A stretch of DNA of 32,000 bases from Pseudomonas aeruginosa (GCF_001457615.1 NZ_LN831024.1:2910001-2942000); one strand, 5' to 3'; shown: positions 16,673-25,589, counted from the first letter of the stretch. The notes: generated from the letters alone by a model not told the origin. Made by a program: numbers and translations.

Positions 16673-18025
16673 TCAGAGCACCAGCGACAGCAACAGGATG
16701 AAGACCAGGCCGACCACGGAGAGGATGGTCTCCATCGCGGTCCAGGTCTTGAAGGTCTCGCTGACGCTCATGTTGAAGTACTGCTTGACCAGCCAGAACC
16801 CGGCGTCGTTGACATGGGAGAGGATCAGCGAGCCGGCGCCGGTGGCGAGCACCAGCAACTCGCGGTTGACGCCGGGAATCAGGTCGATCACCGGCACCAC
16901 GATGCCGGCCCCGGTGATGGTGGCGACGGTGGCCGAGCCGGTGGCGATGCGGATCACCGCGGCCACCAGCCAGGCCAGCAGGATCGGCGAGATCTGCGCG
17001 TTCACCGCGAGATGGCCGATGACGTCGCCGACCCCGCTGGCCACCAGCATCTGCTTGAAGCCGCCGCCGGCGCCGATGATCATCACGATGGCGGCGGTCG
17101 GTGCCAGGCTCTGGTCGAGCAGCCTGAGGATCTTCTTCGAGTCGAAGCCACGGGCGTAGCCGAAGGTATAGAGCGCCACCAGCAGGGCCAGGAGCAGGGC
17201 GCTGATCGGATGGCCGATCATGTCCATCCAGGCGCGGAACGCGTGGCCATCGGGGAAGGCGACGTCGGCGAAGGTCTTCAGCAGCATCAGGAACACCGGC
17301 AGCAGCACGGTCGCCAGGGTCACGCCGAAGCTGGGCAGGTCCTGGGTCTCGGGCTCGTGGGCGATCTGCTCGACCAGTTCCGCCGATGGCGTGCCGGGTA
17401 TGTAGCGCGAGACCAGCGCGCCGAACAGCGGGCCGGCGATGGCGGCGGTGGGCAGGGCGACGATCAGGCCGTAGAGGATGGTCTTGCCGATGTCGGCGCC
17501 GAACACGCCGATCGCCAGCAGCGGGCCGGGATGCGGCGGCACCAGACCGTGCACCGCGGAAAGGCCGGCGAGCAACGGGATGCCGATCTTGATCAGGGAC
17601 ACGCCGCTGCGCCGGGCGACGATGAACACCAGCGGGATCAGCAGGATGAAGCCGATCTCGAAGAACAGCGGGATGCCCACCAGGAACGCGGCGAGCATCA
17701 TCGACCAGTGCACCCGCTCCTTGCCGAAGGCGCGGATCAGGGTGCGGGCGATCTGGTCGGCGCCGCCGGAATCGGCCATCAGCTTGCCGAGCATGGTGCC
17801 CAGGGCGAGGATCACGCCGACGAAGCCGAGCACGCCGCCGAAGCCGTCCTGGAAGGATTTGACGATCTTCTCCACCGGCATCCCCGAGGTCAGGCCGAGG
17901 AAGCCGGCGGCGATGATCAGGGCGATGAAGGGATGCACCTTGAAGCGGGTGATCAGCACGATCAGGCCGATGATGGTCACCAGGGCGTCGAGGAGCAGGT
18001 AGGCATCGTGTGACATGCCGAACAT
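16673..18025 (-). CDS. gntP: Gluconate:H+ symporter (GntP family permease)
   Basis: 450-aa polytopic ORF. The N-terminus MFGMSHDAYLLLDALVTIIGLIVLITRFKVHPFIALIIAAGFLGLTSGMPVEKIVKSFQDGFG is typical of GntP. GGAGA lies 7 nt upstream of the ATG at 18025. Confidence 0.9.
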   Translation of the reverse strand: MFGMSHDAYLLLDALVTIIGLIVLITRFKVHPFIALIIAAGFLGLTSGMPVEKIVKSFQDGFGGVLGFVGVILALGTMLGKLMADSGGADQIARTLIRAFGKERVHWSMMLAAFLVGIPLFFEIGFILLIPLVFIVARRSGVSLIKIGIPLLAGLSAVHGLVPPHPGPLLAIGVFGADIGKTILYGLIVALPTAAIAGPLFGALVSRYIPGTPSAELVEQIAHEPETQDLPSFGVTLATVLLPVFLMLLKTFADVAFPDGHAFRAWMDMIGHPISALLLALLVALYTFGYARGFDSKKILRLLDQSLAPTAAIVMIIGAGGGFKQMLVASGVGDVIGHLAVNAQISPILLAWLVAAVIRIATGSATVATITGAGIVVPVIDLIPGVNRELLVLATGAGSLILSHVNDAGFWLVKQYFNMSVSETFKTWTAMETILSVVGLVFILLLSLVL

Positions 18026-18089
18026 GGAGGGCTCTCCTTTTGTCGTTGTTCTACCGGAGTTGCTGTTTCATTGAAGCGCTTTTTCGGGG

Positions 18090-18104
18090 TAGCGCTATCT
18101 TTGT
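18090..18104 (-). promoter_or_regulatory. Candidate GntR operator upstream of gntP
   Basis: The minus strand reads ACAAAGATAGCGCTA. This fits the P. aeruginosa GntR operator consensus as I recall it (AC-N-AAG-N-TAGCGCT). It is one of three copies of an AGCGCT-N2-CTT-N-G motif in this module. Confidence 0.5.
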
Positions 18105-18121
18105 CGGACAAGCGAAAGACT

Positions 18122-18643
18122 TCAGGCGGCGGCGTGCTCCAGCCACCAGGCGTGGGCGGCCTGCGCCAGGCATTCCACCGGCAGGGTGGCGTCCAGGCGC
18201 AGGGTCAGGGGTTCGTCGAGCGGCGGCTCGAGGGCGGCGAACTGGCTGTCGATCAGGGTCGCCGGCATGAAGTGGCCGGGGCGCTGGGCGACGCGCTCGG
18301 CGGCGACCGCCGGGGTCAGTTCCAGGTAGACGATGCCGAGGCCGGGCACCGCGCGGCGCAACCGGTCGCGGTAGGCGCGCTTGAGGGCGGAACAGGTCAG
18401 TACCGGCAGCTTGCCGGCGGCCACCGCCTGGCGCAGCTGCTCGGCGAGGGTGTCCAGCCAGCCGGCGCGGTCGTCGTCGGTGAGGGGGATGCCGGCGCTC
18501 ATCTTGCGGATGTTGGCGGCGGGATGGAAGCTGTCGCCTTCGATGCCGTGGGCGCCGCTGCGCTGGCAGAGGGCCTGGCTGACGCTGGACTTGCCGCAAC
18601 CGGCGACACCCATGATGACCAGGGCTTGGAGGGGTGGATGCAT
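18122..18643 (-). CDS. gntK: Gluconokinase
   Basis: P-loop VIMGVAGCGKSSV. The motifs GDSFHPAANIRKMSAGIPLTDDDRAGWL are typical of thermoresistant-type gluconate kinases. I prefer the ATG at 18643 (MHPPLQALV...) with GAGG 6 nt upstream. The ORF-track start at 18655 is a TTG codon. Confidence 0.9.
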   Translation of the reverse strand: MHPPLQALVIMGVAGCGKSSVSQALCQRSGAHGIEGDSFHPAANIRKMSAGIPLTDDDRAGWLDTLAEQLRQAVAAGKLPVLTCSALKRAYRDRLRRAVPGLGIVYLELTPAVAAERVAQRPGHFMPATLIDSQFAALEPPLDEPLTLRLDATLPVECLAQAAHAWWLEHAAA

Positions 18644-18660
18644 GGAACACCTCAAGCGTG

Positions 18661-18678
18661 AGACAGCGCTGTCTTTGC
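18661..18678. promoter_or_regulatory. Candidate GntR operator (14-bp perfect palindrome AGACAGCGCTGTCT) just upstream of gntK
   Basis: AGACAGCGCTGTCT occupies 18661-18674. The minus strand reads GCAAAGACAGCGCTG, a near match to the recalled consensus. It lies 18 nt upstream of the gntK ATG. Confidence 0.5.
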
Positions 18679-18792
18679 GACATGGAAAAAATCGCGCGAG
18701 CCTGGCTCCGCCTTCTTGTCGTTGTGGTCTGTCGAATCCCGCGCGGGCAGTGGCGGACAGGCCGCCTCAGGCGATTGCCCAGGTCGCGAGAC

Positions 18793-18806
18793 AGCGCTAC
18801 CTTAGT
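18793..18806 (-). promoter_or_regulatory. Candidate GntR operator upstream of gntR (autoregulation site)
   Basis: The minus strand reads ACTAAGGTAGCGCT, an exact fit to AC-N-AAG-N-TAGCGCT as I recall it. It lies 32 nt upstream of the gntR ATG at 18838. Confidence 0.5.
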
Positions 18807-18837
18807 GCCTGGAATTTTGTTTGGCAAGCAGGCCACG

Positions 18838-19869
18838 ATGAGCATCACCAAGAACGACAAGAACACGCGAACCACCGGACGTCCCACCCTCAACGAAGTC
18901 GCGCGCCGCGCCGGGGTCAGCCCGATCACCGCGTCGCGCGCGTTGCGCGGCGTCGCCAGCGTCGCCGAAGAACTGGCGCAGAAGGTCCGCGACGCCGCCC
19001 GCGAACTCGGCTACGTGGCCAACCCCGCGGCGCGCGCGCTGGCCTCGGCGCAAAGCCACAGCGTGGCGGTGCTGGTGCCGTCGCTGGCCAACCTGCTGTT
19101 CATCGAGACCCTCGAGGCGATCCACGCGGTACTGCGGCCGCAGGGCCTGGAAGTGCTGATCGGCAACTTCCACTACTCGCGCAACGAGGAAGAGGACCTG
19201 ATCCGCAACTACCTGGCCTACCAGCCACGCGGCCTGCTGCTGACCGGCTTCGAGCGCACCGAGAGCGCCCGGCGGATGATCGAGGCCAGCGGCATTCCCT
19301 GCGTGTACATGATGGACCTGGACTCCGGCTCCGGGCTCAATTGCGTCGGCTTCTCCCAGTTGCGCGCCGGCGAGGCCGCCGCCGAGCACCTGCTGGCACG
19401 CGGCCGCAGGCGCCTGGCCTACATCGGCGCCCAGCTCGACCAGCGCACCCTGCTGCGCGGCGAGGGGTTCCGCCGCGCCTTGCAAAAGGCCGGCTGCTAC
19501 GACCCGGGGCTGGAAATCCTTACGCCGCGGCCGTCCTCGGTGGCCCTCGGCGGCGAACTCTTCGTGCAGTTGCTGGCCAGCCAGCCGCAGGTCGACGGGG
19601 TGTTCTTCTGCAACGACGACCTGGCCCAGGGCGCGCTGCTGGAGGCCCTGCGCCGTGGGGTCAAGGTGCCGGAACAGATCGCCGTGCTCGGTTTCAACGA
19701 CCTGCCGGGTTCGGACTGCACGGTCCCGCGCCTGAGCAGCATCCGCACCCCGCGCGAAGCCATCGGCCGGCGCGCGGCGGAGCAGTTGCTGGCGCTGATC
19801 GCCGGCAAGGAGGTGCGCGATAGCGCGCTGGACATGGGGTTCGAGCTGATGGCGCGGGAGAGCACCTGA
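18838..19869 (+). CDS. gntR: LacI-family gluconate repressor
   Basis: The N-terminus is MSITKNDKNTRTTGRPTLNEVARRAGVSPITASRALRGVASVAEELAQKVRDAARELGYVANPAARALAS, a LacI-type HTH. A periplasmic-binding-protein-like core follows. The gene is divergent from gntK. The ORF-track start at 18634 overlaps the gntK promoter and is unlikely. Confidence 0.9.
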   Translation: MSITKNDKNTRTTGRPTLNEVARRAGVSPITASRALRGVASVAEELAQKVRDAARELGYVANPAARALASAQSHSVAVLVPSLANLLFIETLEAIHAVLRPQGLEVLIGNFHYSRNEEEDLIRNYLAYQPRGLLLTGFERTESARRMIEASGIPCVYMMDLDSGSGLNCVGFSQLRAGEAAAEHLLARGRRRLAYIGAQLDQRTLLRGEGFRRALQKAGCYDPGLEILTPRPSSVALGGELFVQLLASQPQVDGVFFCNDDLAQGALLEALRRGVKVPEQIAVLGFNDLPGSDCTVPRLSSIRTPREAIGRRAAEQLLALIAGKEVRDSALDMGFELMAREST

Positions 19870-19903
19870 ACCCGCGGCCCGACGGTGCGGCCGTTCAGGG
19901 GCA

Positions 19904-20086
19904 TGTCGAGCGCTGGGCAGCGCCGCCGGGCGTAACGGCTTGCCGGGTAGGGCGAATAGCGCCGCAGGCGCTATCCGCCGTTACGCCGGGTTTCACGGCG
20001 GATAACCGCGAGCGGTTATTCGCCCTACGGGGGCGTGTCGAGGGTTGGGCAGCGCCGCAGGCGCACGCCTTGCGTAACGGCTCGCC
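19904..20086. repeat. Composite REP cluster (convergent REP pair plus flanking direct repeats)
   Basis: GTAGGGCGAATAGCGCCGCAGGCGCTATCCGCC (19947-19979) faces GGCGGATAACCGCGAGCGGTTATTCGCCCTAC (19997-20028). Flanking direct repeats TGTCGAG-N-TGGGCAGCGCCGC...CGTAACGGC lie at about 19904-19944 and 20036-20086. A nested pairing GGCGTAACGGC/GCCGTTACGCC is also present. The cluster fills the gap between two convergent genes. Confidence 0.6.
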
Positions 20087-20100
20087 GTCTCTTCGGTGTC

Positions 20101-20466
20101 TCAAGCCACCGCGTAGTAATGCTTGACGAAGCCGCCGTCGGCAACCTCCCAGAGCACCGGGGTGCCCTTGCTGACGAACCAGCTGTCGCCGGCCTTGTAG
20201 AGCGTGCTCTGGCCGGTGGACTCGTCGGTGAGGCGGACCTCGCCGCTGACCACCGTGGCCTGTTCGCTGAACGGATAGGTCATGCGGAACTTGCCGGCGG
20301 TGGTGCCGAAGTAGGCGGCGCTGACCGGGTCGGTGGGGGCTCCTGCGGTCATCTTGCCGAAGGCTTTCACCTCGCCTTCGAGGATCTCCGAGCCGAGGTC
20401 GGCGACGCTGCCCCAGGCGTCCAGTTCGTCGAGGGTGATGCCGTGGCGGATAACGGTAATGGCCAT
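20101..20466 (-). CDS. Small cupin-fold protein (DUF861-like)
   Basis: 121 aa: MAITVIRHGITLDELDAWGSVADLGSEILEGEVKAFGKM...GEVRLTDESTGQSTLYKAGDSWFVSKGTPVLWEV. AAGGAG lies upstream of the ATG at 20466. The ORF-track version (to 20769) extends into the upstream gene. Confidence 0.75.
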   Translation of the reverse strand: MAITVIRHGITLDELDAWGSVADLGSEILEGEVKAFGKMTAGAPTDPVSAAYFGTTAGKFRMTYPFSEQATVVSGEVRLTDESTGQSTLYKAGDSWFVSKGTPVLWEVADGGFVKHYYAVA

Positions 20467-20498
20467 GGGAATGCTCCTTGTAGAGTGATCGGTAGGTT

Positions 20499-21797
20499 TC
20501 AGCGCCGGCCGTTCCAGTAGCCGGAGAGCTGGTGCCAGGTCTTGCCTGCGCTGAGCAGCAGCGGGCGGAAGTGGTCCTTGCCGTGGATCGGGATGCGGCG
20601 CACCGAGCTGAGCAGGTCGTAGCGCGCCGAGCCTTCGCTCATGCCTTCGGCGAGGACCTTGCAGACGATGTGGCTGGGGGTCACGCCGAACCCGGAATAA
20701 CCCTGGACGAAGAACGCGTTGGGCCGCCCCGAGAGGCTGCCGATCTGCGGGAACAGGTTGGCGCTGCAAGCCATCGGCCCACCCCAGGCGAGGTCGATGC
20801 GGACGTGCTCCAGGTAGGGGAAGATCTTCAGCATCAGCTTGCGGTTCCAGGCCTTGAGGTCGCCGGGGATGCGTTCGACGAAGGGTGTGGCGGCGCCGAA
20901 CAGCAGGCGGTTCTCGTTGGTCACCCGGTAGTAGTCGATGACCGGGCGGATGTCGCTGTAGGCGCCGCGGATCGGGCTGATCCGCTGGATCAGTTCGTCC
21001 GGCAGCGGTTCGGTCATCATCTGGAACGCGTAGGTATTGATGGTGGTGCGGTGCAGCTCGGGTTCGAGCCGGTTGAGGAAGCTGTCGCAGGCCCAGAGCA
21101 GCTTGTTCGCGGTGACCGAGCCCTTGGCCGTGCGCACGCGGATGCGCTCGCCGTATTGCACCTCCAGCGCCGGGCTGTATTCGAATATCCGTGCGCCGAG
21201 GCCGGCCAGCGCCTTGGCTTCGCCGAGCAGCAGGTTGAGCGAGTGCACATGGCCGCCGCCCATGTGCAGCAGGGCGCTGCCGTAGGCGTCCGAGCCGATG
21301 ATCTGGCGCACCTCGGCACCGTGCAGGTAACGGATCTCATGGGGCGAGCCGAGCGACCGGAATTCCTTTTCCCAGGCCTGCAGGGTCTTCGCCTGGCGTG
21401 CGTTGAAGCCCATGTAGCCGTAGCCATGGCAGAAGTCGGCGTCGATGGCGTACTTCTCGATACGGCCCTTGATGATGTCGGCGCCGAGGTCGCTGATCTC
21501 GAAGATCGCCCGCAGGCCGTCCTCGCCGACGTCCTTGCGGATCTTCTCCAGGTCGTGGCCGATGCCGGCCATGATCTGCCCGCCGTTGCGCCCGGTACCG
21601 CCGAAGCCGAGGTGGCGGGCCTCCAGCACGACGATGTCGGTGATGCCGTGCTCGGCCAGCTCAAGCGCGGTGTTGATCCCGGAGAAGCCGCCGCCGATCA
21701 CCACCACGTCGGCGTCCAGGTCGGTTTCCAGGGAGGGGAAGGACAATTCGTACTTCTTGGTCGCCGTGTAGTAGGTCGGCGTCTCGATGTTGATCAT
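20499..21797 (-). CDS. FAD-dependent oxidoreductase (DadA / gamma-glutamylputrescine-oxidase-like)
   Basis: 432-aa ORF with an N-terminal dinucleotide-binding fold DADVVVIGGGFSGINTALELAEHG, followed by ...GGTGRNGGQ... Confidence 0.85.
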   Translation of the reverse strand: MINIETPTYYTATKKYELSFPSLETDLDADVVVIGGGFSGINTALELAEHGITDIVVLEARHLGFGGTGRNGGQIMAGIGHDLEKIRKDVGEDGLRAIFEISDLGADIIKGRIEKYAIDADFCHGYGYMGFNARQAKTLQAWEKEFRSLGSPHEIRYLHGAEVRQIIGSDAYGSALLHMGGGHVHSLNLLLGEAKALAGLGARIFEYSPALEVQYGERIRVRTAKGSVTANKLLWACDSFLNRLEPELHRTTINTYAFQMMTEPLPDELIQRISPIRGAYSDIRPVIDYYRVTNENRLLFGAATPFVERIPGDLKAWNRKLMLKIFPYLEHVRIDLAWGGPMACSANLFPQIGSLSGRPNAFFVQGYSGFGVTPSHIVCKVLAEGMSEGSARYDLLSSVRRIPIHGKDHFRPLLLSAGKTWHQLSGYWNGRR

Positions 21798-21900
21798 GGA
21801 TGCGGCCTGGCAAGGGGTGGATGTACCTATTAGACGCTCCGTGGCCGCCGCGGTCTTGTTCCTGTCTGCCGCCGGCTTGACCGGCCCTGCCAGGCGCGCT

Positions 21901-22794
21901 TCAGCCCAGCGTGGCGATCACCCGTGGCGCGACGAAGTCGATGAAGGCGCGCAGCTTGGGCGAGACCTGGCGGCCGGACGGCCAGAGCAGGAAGAATCGC
22001 GCGCGGCGCTCGCAGAAGGCGTCGAGGACGCTGACCAGGCGTCCTTCGCGCAGCGCCTCGCGGATCGAGAAGTCCGGCAGGCAGGCGATGCCCTGGTCGC
22101 GCAGGGCGAAGCAGACGCGGGTCTCGATGTTGTTGCAGACCATCGACACCGGAATCTGCGGCGGGGCTTCGCCGTCCGCGCGGCGCAGCGGCCATTCCTC
22201 GAGGCGGCCGGTATTGGGGAAGCGGTAGTGCAGGCAGGTGTGTCGCAGCAGGTCTTCCGGGCAGCGCGGCGTGCCGTGGCGGGCGAAGTAGGCCGGCGAG
22301 CCGACCAGCTTCAGCTGGAACTCACCCAGTTCGCGCATGGACAGCCGCGAATCCACCGGCCGGCCGGTGCGCAGGACCACGTCGAAGCCTTCGTCGACGA
22401 CATCCACCACGCGATCGCTGAAGTCGAGGTCTAGCTCGATGTCCGGATAGGCCTGCATGAAGTCGGCGAGCGTCGGCAGGACCAGCCCGCTGACCAGAGG
22501 CAGGCTGACCCGCAGGCGCCCGCGCGGGGTCTCGCGGCTTTGCGACAGCTCCAGCTCGGTGGCTTCGATCTCGGCCAGGATGCGCCGGCTGCGCTCGAGG
22601 AACAGGCTGCCTTCGGCGGTCAGGGTGATGCTGCGGGTGCTGCGGTGGAACAGGCGCACGCCGAGTTTCTCTTCCAGGCGGGCGACCCGCTTGCCCACCG
22701 CCGAGGCGCTGACGCCGAGGGTCCGGGCGGCGCCGACGATGCTGCGGGTCTCGGCGACGCGGACGAAGACGGTGAAACCGCTGAGGCTGTCCAT
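21901..22794 (-). CDS. LysR-family transcriptional regulator
   Basis: 297-aa ORF. The N-terminus is MDSLSGFTVFVRVAETRSIVGAARTLGVSASAVGKRVARLEEKLGVRLFHRSTRSITLTAEG. The gene is divergent from the hydrolase/MFS pair. Confidence 0.9.
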   Translation of the reverse strand: MDSLSGFTVFVRVAETRSIVGAARTLGVSASAVGKRVARLEEKLGVRLFHRSTRSITLTAEGSLFLERSRRILAEIEATELELSQSRETPRGRLRVSLPLVSGLVLPTLADFMQAYPDIELDLDFSDRVVDVVDEGFDVVLRTGRPVDSRLSMRELGEFQLKLVGSPAYFARHGTPRCPEDLLRHTCLHYRFPNTGRLEEWPLRRADGEAPPQIPVSMVCNNIETRVCFALRDQGIACLPDFSIREALREGRLVSVLDAFCERRARFFLLWPSGRQVSPKLRAFIDFVAPRVIATLG

Positions 22795-22823
22795 GCAAGG
22801 CTCCGATTACGGACATGATGGTC

Positions 22824-22846
22824 CGGATAGAACGGAACTCTATCCG
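22824..22846. promoter_or_regulatory. LTTR-type dyad in the divergent promoter region
   Basis: CGGATAG (22824-22830), a 9-nt spacer, then CTATCCG (22840-22846). This is a perfect 7-bp inverted repeat between the LysR start (22794) and the hydrolase start (22909). Confidence 0.4.
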
Positions 22847-22908
22847 TCTTTTTCCGCTTTTGCAGCGCTCTTAGCCTGTCCGCATCCTTCATCTGCGGAG
22901 AGTCCCGC

Positions 22909-24084
22909 ATGTCCAGTTTCGAACGAGAGCCAGGCTGCGGCCTGGCGGAAAATGTCGATCAGGTGATCGAGGCGGCATTCGCCGACCAGCGCCTGGTGGG
23001 GGCGGTGGTGCTGGTGGCACACCGGGGGCAGTGGCTCTATCGACGGGCTGCCGGCCTGGCCGACCGCGAAGCCGGCCGGATAATGGGCGAGGACAGCCTG
23101 TTCCGCCTGGCCTCGGTGAGCAAGCCGATCGTCAGCGTCGCGGCCCTGAGCCTGGTGGATGAGGGCCGGCTGGCCCTCGATGAGCCGATCGCCGACTGGT
23201 TGCCGGCGTTCCGTCCGCGCCTGGCCGACGGCCGCGAGGCGCGCATCACGCCGCGGCAGTTGCTGAGCCACAGCGCCGGCCTCGGCTATCGCTTCCTCGA
23301 AGCCGACGCAGACGGCCCCTATGCCCGCGCCGGGATTTCCGATGGCATGGACCTGCCGGGTTTCGACCTGGCCGAGAATCTCCGTCGCCTGGCCTCCGTG
23401 CCCTTGCTCTACGAACCCGGCCGCGCCTGGGGCTATTCGCTGGCCACCGACGTGCTCGGCGCGCTGGTGGAGCGGGTCGACGGGCGGCCGCTGGCGGAAG
23501 CGCTGCGGCAGCGGGTCGGGATTCCAGCCGGCATGCGCGACAGCGGCTTCCTCTGCGCCGACGCGTGCCGACTGGCGGCGGTCTACGTCAGCGACCGGCC
23601 ACGCCCGCGCCGAATGGCCGGGCGGGAGACCGTGGCGCCGTTCGAGGACAGCGTCGGCATTCGCTTCGAGCCGAATCGGGCCTTCGAACCGTCTGCCTAT
23701 GCGTCCGGCGGGGCGGGGATGATCGGCAGCGCCGGCGACGTGCTGCGCCTTTTGGAAATCCTTCGCCAGGGCGGCGCGCCGTTGCTGACGCCTGGCCTGG
23801 TGGAGGAGATGGGTCGCGACCAGGTACCCGGCCTGGAACTGCCGGCCAATCCCGGTTTCGGCTTCGGCCTGGGTTTCTCCGTGCTGCGCGACTCGGCCAT
23901 CGCGCAATCGCCGGAGGCTCCCGGCACCTGGCGCTGGGGTGGCGCCTACGGGCATTCCTGGTTCGTCGACCGGGCCCGCGAACTGTCGGTGGTGGCGCTT
24001 ACCAACACCCTGTTCGAGGGCATGTCGGGACGCTTCGTCAACGACCTGCGCGACGCCGTCTACCGTTCCGCGGAGCTGCGCTGA
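22909..24084 (+). CDS. Serine hydrolase of the class-C beta-lactamase / esterase family
   Basis: 391-aa ORF. The S-x-x-K active-site motif appears in FRLASVSKPIVSVAAL. GGAGAG lies 6 nt upstream of the ATG. Confidence 0.8.
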   Translation: MSSFEREPGCGLAENVDQVIEAAFADQRLVGAVVLVAHRGQWLYRRAAGLADREAGRIMGEDSLFRLASVSKPIVSVAALSLVDEGRLALDEPIADWLPAFRPRLADGREARITPRQLLSHSAGLGYRFLEADADGPYARAGISDGMDLPGFDLAENLRRLASVPLLYEPGRAWGYSLATDVLGALVERVDGRPLAEALRQRVGIPAGMRDSGFLCADACRLAAVYVSDRPRPRRMAGRETVAPFEDSVGIRFEPNRAFEPSAYASGGAGMIGSAGDVLRLLEILRQGGAPLLTPGLVEEMGRDQVPGLELPANPGFGFGLGFSVLRDSAIAQSPEAPGTWRWGGAYGHSWFVDRARELSVVALTNTLFEGMSGRFVNDLRDAVYRSAELR

Positions 24085-25337
24085 TGGGACGCCGCGAAGC
24101 ATTTCCGGAGAACGCCGGGGCCGCTGCGTCGGCCGTGGCGCCGCGGCTGCCGCTGAGTGCGCTGCTGGCGATGGCGATGTCCGGCTTCGTCGCCATTCTC
24201 AGCGAAACCCTGCCGGCCGGCCTGCTGCCGCAAATCGGCGCGGGGCTGGCGGTCAGCGAGGCGCTGGCCGGGCAACTGGTCAGCGTCTACGCCTTGGGTT
24301 CGCTACTGGCCGCGCTGCCGGCGGCGAGCCTGACCCAGGGCTGGCGGCGGCGCCGGGTGCTGCTGCTGGCGCTGCTGATCTTCTTCGTCTGCAACAGCCT
24401 AACCGCCGTTTCCTCGGATTACCGCCTGACCCTGCTGGCGCGCTTCGGCAGCGGCGTCGCCGCCGGCCTCGCCTGGGGCCTGCTGGCCGGCTACGCGCGG
24501 CGCCTGGTGCCGCCGGAGCAGCAGGGGCGGGCGTTGGCGGTGGCCATGCTCGGTGCGCCGCTGGCGCTGTCGCTCGGCGTTCCGCTGGGCACCTGGCTGG
24601 GCGGCCTGCTCGGCTGGCGCTGGGCCTTCGGCCTGTTGTCGCTGACCGCGCTGCTGCTGGTCGGCTGGGTGCTGCGCAGCGTGCCGGACTTCCCTGGCCA
24701 GCCGGCCGGGCGGCGCCTGCGTCTGCTCGGGGTGCTGCGCACGCCGGGCGTGCGTCCGGTATTGCTGGTGATCGTCGCCTGGGTGCTGGCGCACAACATC
24801 CTCTACACCTATATCGCGCCGTTCCTCGCCAAGGTCGGCCTGGGCGCCTCGGTGGACCTGGCCCTGCTGGTATTCGGCAGCGCCGCGGTGGCGGGAATCT
24901 GGCTGGTCGGCGTGCTGGTCGACCGGCATTTGCGGCGGATGGTCCTGGCCAGCCTGGCGCTGTTCGCCGTAGCGGCGCTGGCGCTGTGCCTGGGCGCTCG
25001 CTGGAGCTGGCTGGCGTTCGCCGGCCTGGCCCTCTGGGGGCTGACGTTCGGTGGCGCGGCGACGCTGCTGCAGACCGCCTCGGCGGACGCCGCCGGGGAG
25101 GGCGCCGACCTGGCCCAGTCGATGATCGTGGTGGCCTGGAACCTGGCCATCGCCGGCGGCGGAGCGTTGGGCGGCATGGTGTTGCAGCGTTGGGGCAGCG
25201 AGATGCTGCCCTGGACCCTGCTGCCGTTGATCGGCCTGGCCGCGGCGCTGGCCTGGGGCAATGCCGCGCACGCTTTCCGCGTCGGCCCGCGCGACTTCCG
25301 CAGGGCATCGCCCGAGCACCGGAAAGCGGCGCAATAG
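24084..25337 (+). CDS. MFS transporter
   Basis: The ATG at 24084 overlaps the upstream stop (TGATG). The product is about 417 aa and has multiple hydrophobic helices (LSALLAMAMSGFVAILSETLPAGLLPQIG..., an MFS-type loop GWRRRRVLLLALL). The ORF-track version from 23565 is an upstream extension. Confidence 0.8.
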   Translation: MGRREAFPENAGAAASAVAPRLPLSALLAMAMSGFVAILSETLPAGLLPQIGAGLAVSEALAGQLVSVYALGSLLAALPAASLTQGWRRRRVLLLALLIFFVCNSLTAVSSDYRLTLLARFGSGVAAGLAWGLLAGYARRLVPPEQQGRALAVAMLGAPLALSLGVPLGTWLGGLLGWRWAFGLLSLTALLLVGWVLRSVPDFPGQPAGRRLRLLGVLRTPGVRPVLLVIVAWVLAHNILYTYIAPFLAKVGLGASVDLALLVFGSAAVAGIWLVGVLVDRHLRRMVLASLALFAVAALALCLGARWSWLAFAGLALWGLTFGGAATLLQTASADAAGEGADLAQSMIVVAWNLAIAGGGALGGMVLQRWGSEMLPWTLLPLIGLAAALAWGNAAHAFRVGPRDFRRASPEHRKAAQ

Positions 25338-25538
25338 ACGGGGCTGCGCCCGGCAAGGGGAAAAAGGCTGCGGGTCTTAGAACGTTTATTCACCAGGGTT
25401 ATTTGGATAGGTCCGTTTCGAATATCCATCGCGTCGAAATACCGGCTGTGACGATGCGTTCCTCCGCCATACAGCGGAATCCGCTGTCATTGCGCCGAAC
25501 ATCTTCGCTGTCTCGCCGCTAGCCACCATGCAGCGCCC

Positions 25539-25554
25539 GGCTCGGCTGTTGCAC
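25539..25554 (+). promoter_or_regulatory. Weak sigma54-like -24/-12 candidate upstream of the Met-rich gene
   Basis: GGCTCGGCTGTTGCA has GG (25539-40) and GC (25551-52) 10 nt apart. The -12 box TTGCA is perfect and the -24 box is GGCTC, one mismatch from GGCAC. Chance matches are common in GC-rich DNA. Confidence 0.25.
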
Positions 25555-25561
25555 CGGCATC

Positions 25562-25589
25562 TTGCCGGTGCGTCGGCGCTGCCTAGAAT
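25562..25589 (+). promoter_or_regulatory. Sigma70-like promoter candidate upstream of the Met-rich gene
   Basis: TTGCCG (25562-67), a 16-nt spacer, then TAGAAT (25584-89), about 48 nt upstream of the ATG at 25637. Confidence 0.3.
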
